Assembly: GCA_026707815.1 (NCBI GenBank)
Contig: JAPOWB010000008.1
Span: forward strand, 62,230-126,229
DNA from: Candidatus Saccharimonadota bacterium
GTDB taxonomy: Bacteria > Patescibacteriota > Saccharimonadia > Saccharimonadales > VXPC01
Reading direction: 5' to 3'
Length of the DNA: 64,000 nucleotides
This document shows, piece by piece, positions 60,886 through 64,000 of the stretch. How positions within the stretch are numbered: the first letter of the stretch is position 1; each line of letters opens with the position of its first letter. The notes under the pieces are model-generated. The model had not been told where the DNA came from. It saw only the letters and a program-made list of their open reading frames with translations, and made no database searches. Position numbers and translations under genes: made by a program.

Positions 60886-61920
60886 CTAAATTACCTGCCT
60901 TTCAGCTAAGCCCGTTGCCACAGCAAAATTGACTGACAAATCCCTTAATTCTTCTCTCATTCGAGGTGGATAAACAATATTCTGCCAAGAATTGCCAATT
61001 TCAACAGGCAGATTGATCGCCGAAGCAAGATACTCAATAAATCCAGGAACATAAACGATATCGCCCCAAAGAGTAATTTTTTCTAAATTATGATGAGTAT
61101 AACGATTAATAAAATAATCTGTGGCTTTATTAAGATTGATGATTAATAATTCTAAACTTTTAATAATTCTTGAATGAAGCTCAGGCTGACTCTTCTGATC
61201 TCTGAGACCGACTTGGAAAATTAATTGCTGGTTCTGAATTTGATCGCCATGCAGGGTATTTTCTACGGCTCGCATAATAGAAGCTAAACCAATTGGAATA
61301 GCCGATATCAATCTAGGTTGATTATGTACACTAATAACTATATCTGTATGACGAAAACCAACATCAACCAGTAAGCTAGCTTGAGAAGTGTTATTGGCAA
61401 TAGCTCTATTTAAAGCCAACCCATCCGGTTCAAAAGCTAAAACATTCAATTTAATACTCTCAAGCATCTCTAATCTAGCCTGAGCGTATTGGCTATTAAC
61501 CGAACAGATGAAAACACTTTTCTTTTTAGTTGGTGTCTTAGTCTGTTTATCTAAAACATCCCAAGCAATTTGTGAATCATCTCCTTGGGGTACAATGGTA
61601 TTAGCTTGAAATTTCAACATTTTTTTCAAATTTGAAGCTGAATTGACTTCAAATTCTTGAACAGTTGAATAAATCTTGTTATTAGGTAAGCCGACTACAA
61701 CATTTCCAGTGCTAATCTGAAAAGTTCTTAAAGTTTCTCGTATTTTCTGAGCTAGACGACGTAAACTTGCATCATCATTTTTATCAGAAAGATAATGTTC
61801 AATCGGCATCTTACCATACCTAAAGAGAGCTTTAGGATGTTGTTTACCTTTGAGTTGGACAACTCGTATAGCTGTTGTGCCGATATCTAAACCAAAAAAG
61901 TCTGAAAACCCACCTAGCAT
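60886..61920 (-). CDS. pilM: Type IV pilus assembly protein PilM (actin-like ATPase)
   Basis: FFGLDIGTTAIRVVQL...VVGLP... matches the actin-like fold; it is 344 aa. Confidence 0.7.
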   Translation of the reverse strand: MLGGFSDFFGLDIGTTAIRVVQLKGKQHPKALFRYGKMPIEHYLSDKNDDASLRRLAQKIRETLRTFQISTGNVVVGLPNNKIYSTVQEFEVNSASNLKKMLKFQANTIVPQGDDSQIAWDVLDKQTKTPTKKKSVFICSVNSQYAQARLEMLESIKLNVLAFEPDGLALNRAIANNTSQASLLVDVGFRHTDIVISVHNQPRLISAIPIGLASIMRAVENTLHGDQIQNQQLIFQVGLRDQKSQPELHSRIIKSLELLIINLNKATDYFINRYTHHNLEKITLWGDIVYVPGFIEYLASAINLPVEIGNSWQNIVYPPRMREELRDLSVNFAVATGLAERQVI

Positions 61921-62029
61921 AATAATTATTTAAAGAATACTACAATAGTATAACTTACTTCAATATGATTCCATCAAAACTAGAGTATAATGAAAATGCT
62001 TTACTTATCTGTTTTAAGAACTTGAAAAT

Positions 62030-63076
62030 ATGTCTCTCAGTATCGGTCTGGTAGGATTACCAAATGCCGGCAAATCAACTCTCTTTAATGCTTTGACTTG
62101 TCAAGAAGTTCTCATGGCAGATTACCCCTTTGCCACCATAGAACCCCATTATGGTATTGTGGCTATCCCTGATTTAAGATTAAAAGTTTTAGCCAATATA
62201 TTTAACAGCTCTAAAATTACTCCAGCAACTATAGAATTTATTGATATTGCTGGGCTTATTAAAGGAGCTCACCAAGGAGAAGGATTGGGCAATCAATTTC
62301 TCAACCATATCCGACAAACCAGTCTAATAGCTCAAATAGTTGGAGTTTTTAATCAGAATAACATCGCCGAAGACTTAGAAATTGTTCGATTAGAGCTAAT
62401 GTTAGCTGATAACCAGAGTTTAACGAGACATCAAGATAAAATTCAAAAAAATGCACGAACTGATAAACAACTGGCTAAAGTTCTAGAAATCCTCCAACTG
62501 GCTAAGGCTGAATTAGATCAAGAAATCTGGCTTTATGATAGTCCTCATCGTTTATTGTATTTAGAACATTTAAATTATTTAAATCTTTTAACTTTGAAAC
62601 CAACTGTAGCAGTGATTAATTACCAGAATTCTCAAGAACAACGAATAGACTACCAGAGCTTGGAGACTAAAAAAATTCCCTTAATTTGTTTAGATGCCAA
62701 ACTGGAGCTGGAAATTAGTCAATTACAATCTGAAGATCAAGCCTTCTTTTTAAAGGAATACAATTTAAGGGAAACTGGCTTGGATCGTCTAGCTAGACTA
62801 TGTTTTGAAACTTTAAATTTGCAAACCTTTCTAACTGCTGGTCAAAAAGAAACCAGAGCTTGGATTATTCCATCTAATTGCCCGGCTCCTGAAGCAGCTG
62901 GAATTATTCATAGTGATATGCAAACGGGTTTTATTGCCGTTGATGTCATTAATTATTCCGATTTAATTAAATTTAAATCTTGGTCTTTGGCTAAAAGCTC
63001 TGGAGTTTGTCGGACAGAAGGTAAAAATTACTTAATGAAAACAGATGATGTAGTTGAATTTAAATTCAATCTTTAA
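62030..63076 (+). CDS. ychF: Ribosome-binding ATPase YchF
   Basis: GLVGLPNAGKSTLFNALT (G1 motif) ... and a C-terminal TGS domain. Confidence 0.85.
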   Translation: MSLSIGLVGLPNAGKSTLFNALTCQEVLMADYPFATIEPHYGIVAIPDLRLKVLANIFNSSKITPATIEFIDIAGLIKGAHQGEGLGNQFLNHIRQTSLIAQIVGVFNQNNIAEDLEIVRLELMLADNQSLTRHQDKIQKNARTDKQLAKVLEILQLAKAELDQEIWLYDSPHRLLYLEHLNYLNLLTLKPTVAVINYQNSQEQRIDYQSLETKKIPLICLDAKLELEISQLQSEDQAFFLKEYNLRETGLDRLARLCFETLNLQTFLTAGQKETRAWIIPSNCPAPEAAGIIHSDMQTGFIAVDVINYSDLIKFKSWSLAKSSGVCRTEGKNYLMKTDDVVEFKFNL

Positions 63077-63800
63077 GTATGGGTTTTAAAAGATAGAATC
63101 TTTCTCTATTGCCCTTCAATCCTAAGACTTCTGAATCTATTTTAGATTCAATATGACAATTCTGATTCTTTAACCATCTCTCCAAATCTTGAAAAATTTG
63201 ACGGCGATAGGTATCATTTTTAACTATTCCCTTATTAAGATAGGTCTTCGAAGCTTCAAATTGGGGTTTAATCAAAATTAAAAGTTGAGTTTCAGATTTG
63301 CAAAAACTTAACAAACTTAACCAAATTTTTTTAATGCTAATGAAAGAAACATCAACTAAAATGATATCTGGTAAATCCAAATCTTCAGGCCAGTTAAACG
63401 ACCTGATATCTTGTTTCGGGAAAGCTCTAATTCGTTTAGATTTCAATAAGTTCTCGGCTAACAATTGACTGCCGACATCAATGGCAATAATTATTTTGGC
63501 TTGAGCTTTTAAACAGTAATCAGTAAAACCACCTTGATGAGCTCCGACATCAAGGATAATCTGATTGGCAAAAGAGATTGGAAGTTTAGAAACAACAGAA
63601 GCTAATTTATACCCCCCTCGAGAAGCATATATTTGATCTAGTAATTGAACTTGGGGTTTGGGGTTTTGTAAATTAACTCTGAAACTTGGCTTATCAATAA
63701 TTTTTTGGTTAAGTTGAACTTGTTGACGTCTAATTAAATCAGCAGCTTGGTGCCTAGATTTAACTACCTTTTTAACAACTAGATAATCATCTAGGCGCAT
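63066..63800 (-). CDS. tlyA: TlyA-family rRNA 2'-O-methyltransferase (S4 + FtsJ domains)
   Basis: MRLDDYLVVKKVVKSRHQAADLIRRQQVQLN (S4 domain) ... ILDVGAHQGGFTDY (SAM motif). An alternative GTG start at 63830 would overlap the end of efp. Confidence 0.7.
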   Translation of the reverse strand: MRLDDYLVVKKVVKSRHQAADLIRRQQVQLNQKIIDKPSFRVNLQNPKPQVQLLDQIYASRGGYKLASVVSKLPISFANQIILDVGAHQGGFTDYCLKAQAKIIIAIDVGSQLLAENLLKSKRIRAFPKQDIRSFNWPEDLDLPDIILVDVSFISIKKIWLSLLSFCKSETQLLILIKPQFEASKTYLNKGIVKNDTYRRQIFQDLERWLKNQNCHIESKIDSEVLGLKGNRERFYLLKPILKD

Positions 63801-64000
63801 CTTCTTGAAGACAATCTTTTTGTCGTTCACGATAAGCTCCTGTCAATGTATCTATAGAGATGATATCTTCACACTCAATAAAATTTGGGACTTTAACCCT
63901 TAAACCCGTTTCTAGACAGACTTCCTTGGAGACATTATTAGCAGTATTGCCCTTAACGACAGTGTCAGCTTGAATAACCTTCAGAGCAACATTTTTAGGT
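63787..64000 (-). CDS. efp: Elongation factor P, C-terminal part; the N-terminus lies beyond the window end
   Basis: The minus-strand translation is ...VKVPNFIECEDIISIDTLTGAYRER..., which is the EF-P C-terminal OB-domain signature. Confidence 0.65.
   Translation of the reverse strand, partial: PKNVALKVIQADTVVKGNTANNVSKEVCLETGLRVKVPNFIECEDIISIDTLTGAYRERQKDCLQEDAPR

Noticed and set aside
63787-63830. The efp/tlyA overlap as a feature
   Set aside because: It is most simply explained by tlyA starting at the ATG (63800) rather than the upstream GTG.
1-64000. CRISPR arrays, rRNA genes, prophage or integrase genes
   Set aside because: No regularly spaced short direct repeats, no rRNA-like conserved stretches, and no recognisable tyrosine or serine recombinase, transposase or phage structural genes were seen.
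1-64000. An alternative genetic code (UGA = Gly, as in some reduced-genome lineages)
   Set aside because: Long conserved genes (gyrA, gyrB, thrS, pilB) are intact under the standard code.

Overview
This is a low-GC (~35%) bacterial chromosomal segment read in the standard genetic code, since long ORFs such as gyrA and gyrB are intact. Housekeeping genes are mostly on the minus strand. They include gyrB-gyrA, infC-rpmI-rplT (infC has an AUU start), rnpB RNA, rnhA, rpmB, miaA, thrS, nrdR, ndk, uppP, ychF, tlyA and a partial efp. There are five tRNAs: Pro-GGG, Gln-CUG, Val-GAC, Asp-GUC and Arg-CCU. A type IV pilus machinery operon (pilM-pilN-pilO-like, unknown genes, pilB-pilT-pilC) lies at 52.9-61.9 kb.

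The most unusual feature is a multi-copy type IV pilin locus with five pilin-like cassettes (525-3253, 5982-6581, 12560-12738). All share a near-identical 5' segment encoding the prepilin cleavage site and N-terminal helix, and have divergent C-terminal regions. Two cassettes sit head-to-head around a 742-bp segment that carries the only promoter, RBS and ATG-containing leader. That segment is flanked by a perfect 79-bp inverted repeat (about 123 bp including an imperfect extension) lying inside the pilin coding sequence. The minus-strand copy and two further cassettes lack any start codon, and their homology begins at the same nucleotide (ATAACCCCAAGATATC). This looks like a pilin phase/antigenic-variation switch made of an invertible promoter-leader plus silent cassettes. 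No recombinase is encoded inside the segment.

Other features are:
- Five paralogous AAA_14/DUF4143-type ATPase genes interleave with the pilin cassettes.
- A C9 homopolymer sits at codons 10-13 of an unknown gene in the pilus operon.
- There are several toxin-antitoxin-like modules (Phd/YefM-RelE, an HTH-Panacea protein with a RelE-like partner, a solo Panacea protein, and PIN with an ImmA/IrrE protein). These are partly in a tRNA-Asp-adjacent island bounded by 28-bp direct repeats.
- A DHH-phosphoesterase fusion lies next to a YD-repeat-like protein.
- Other genes encode a TraD/VirD4-like ATPase, a tandem-HTH protein and a DUF3800 protein.

No CRISPR array, rRNA or obvious prophage is present.
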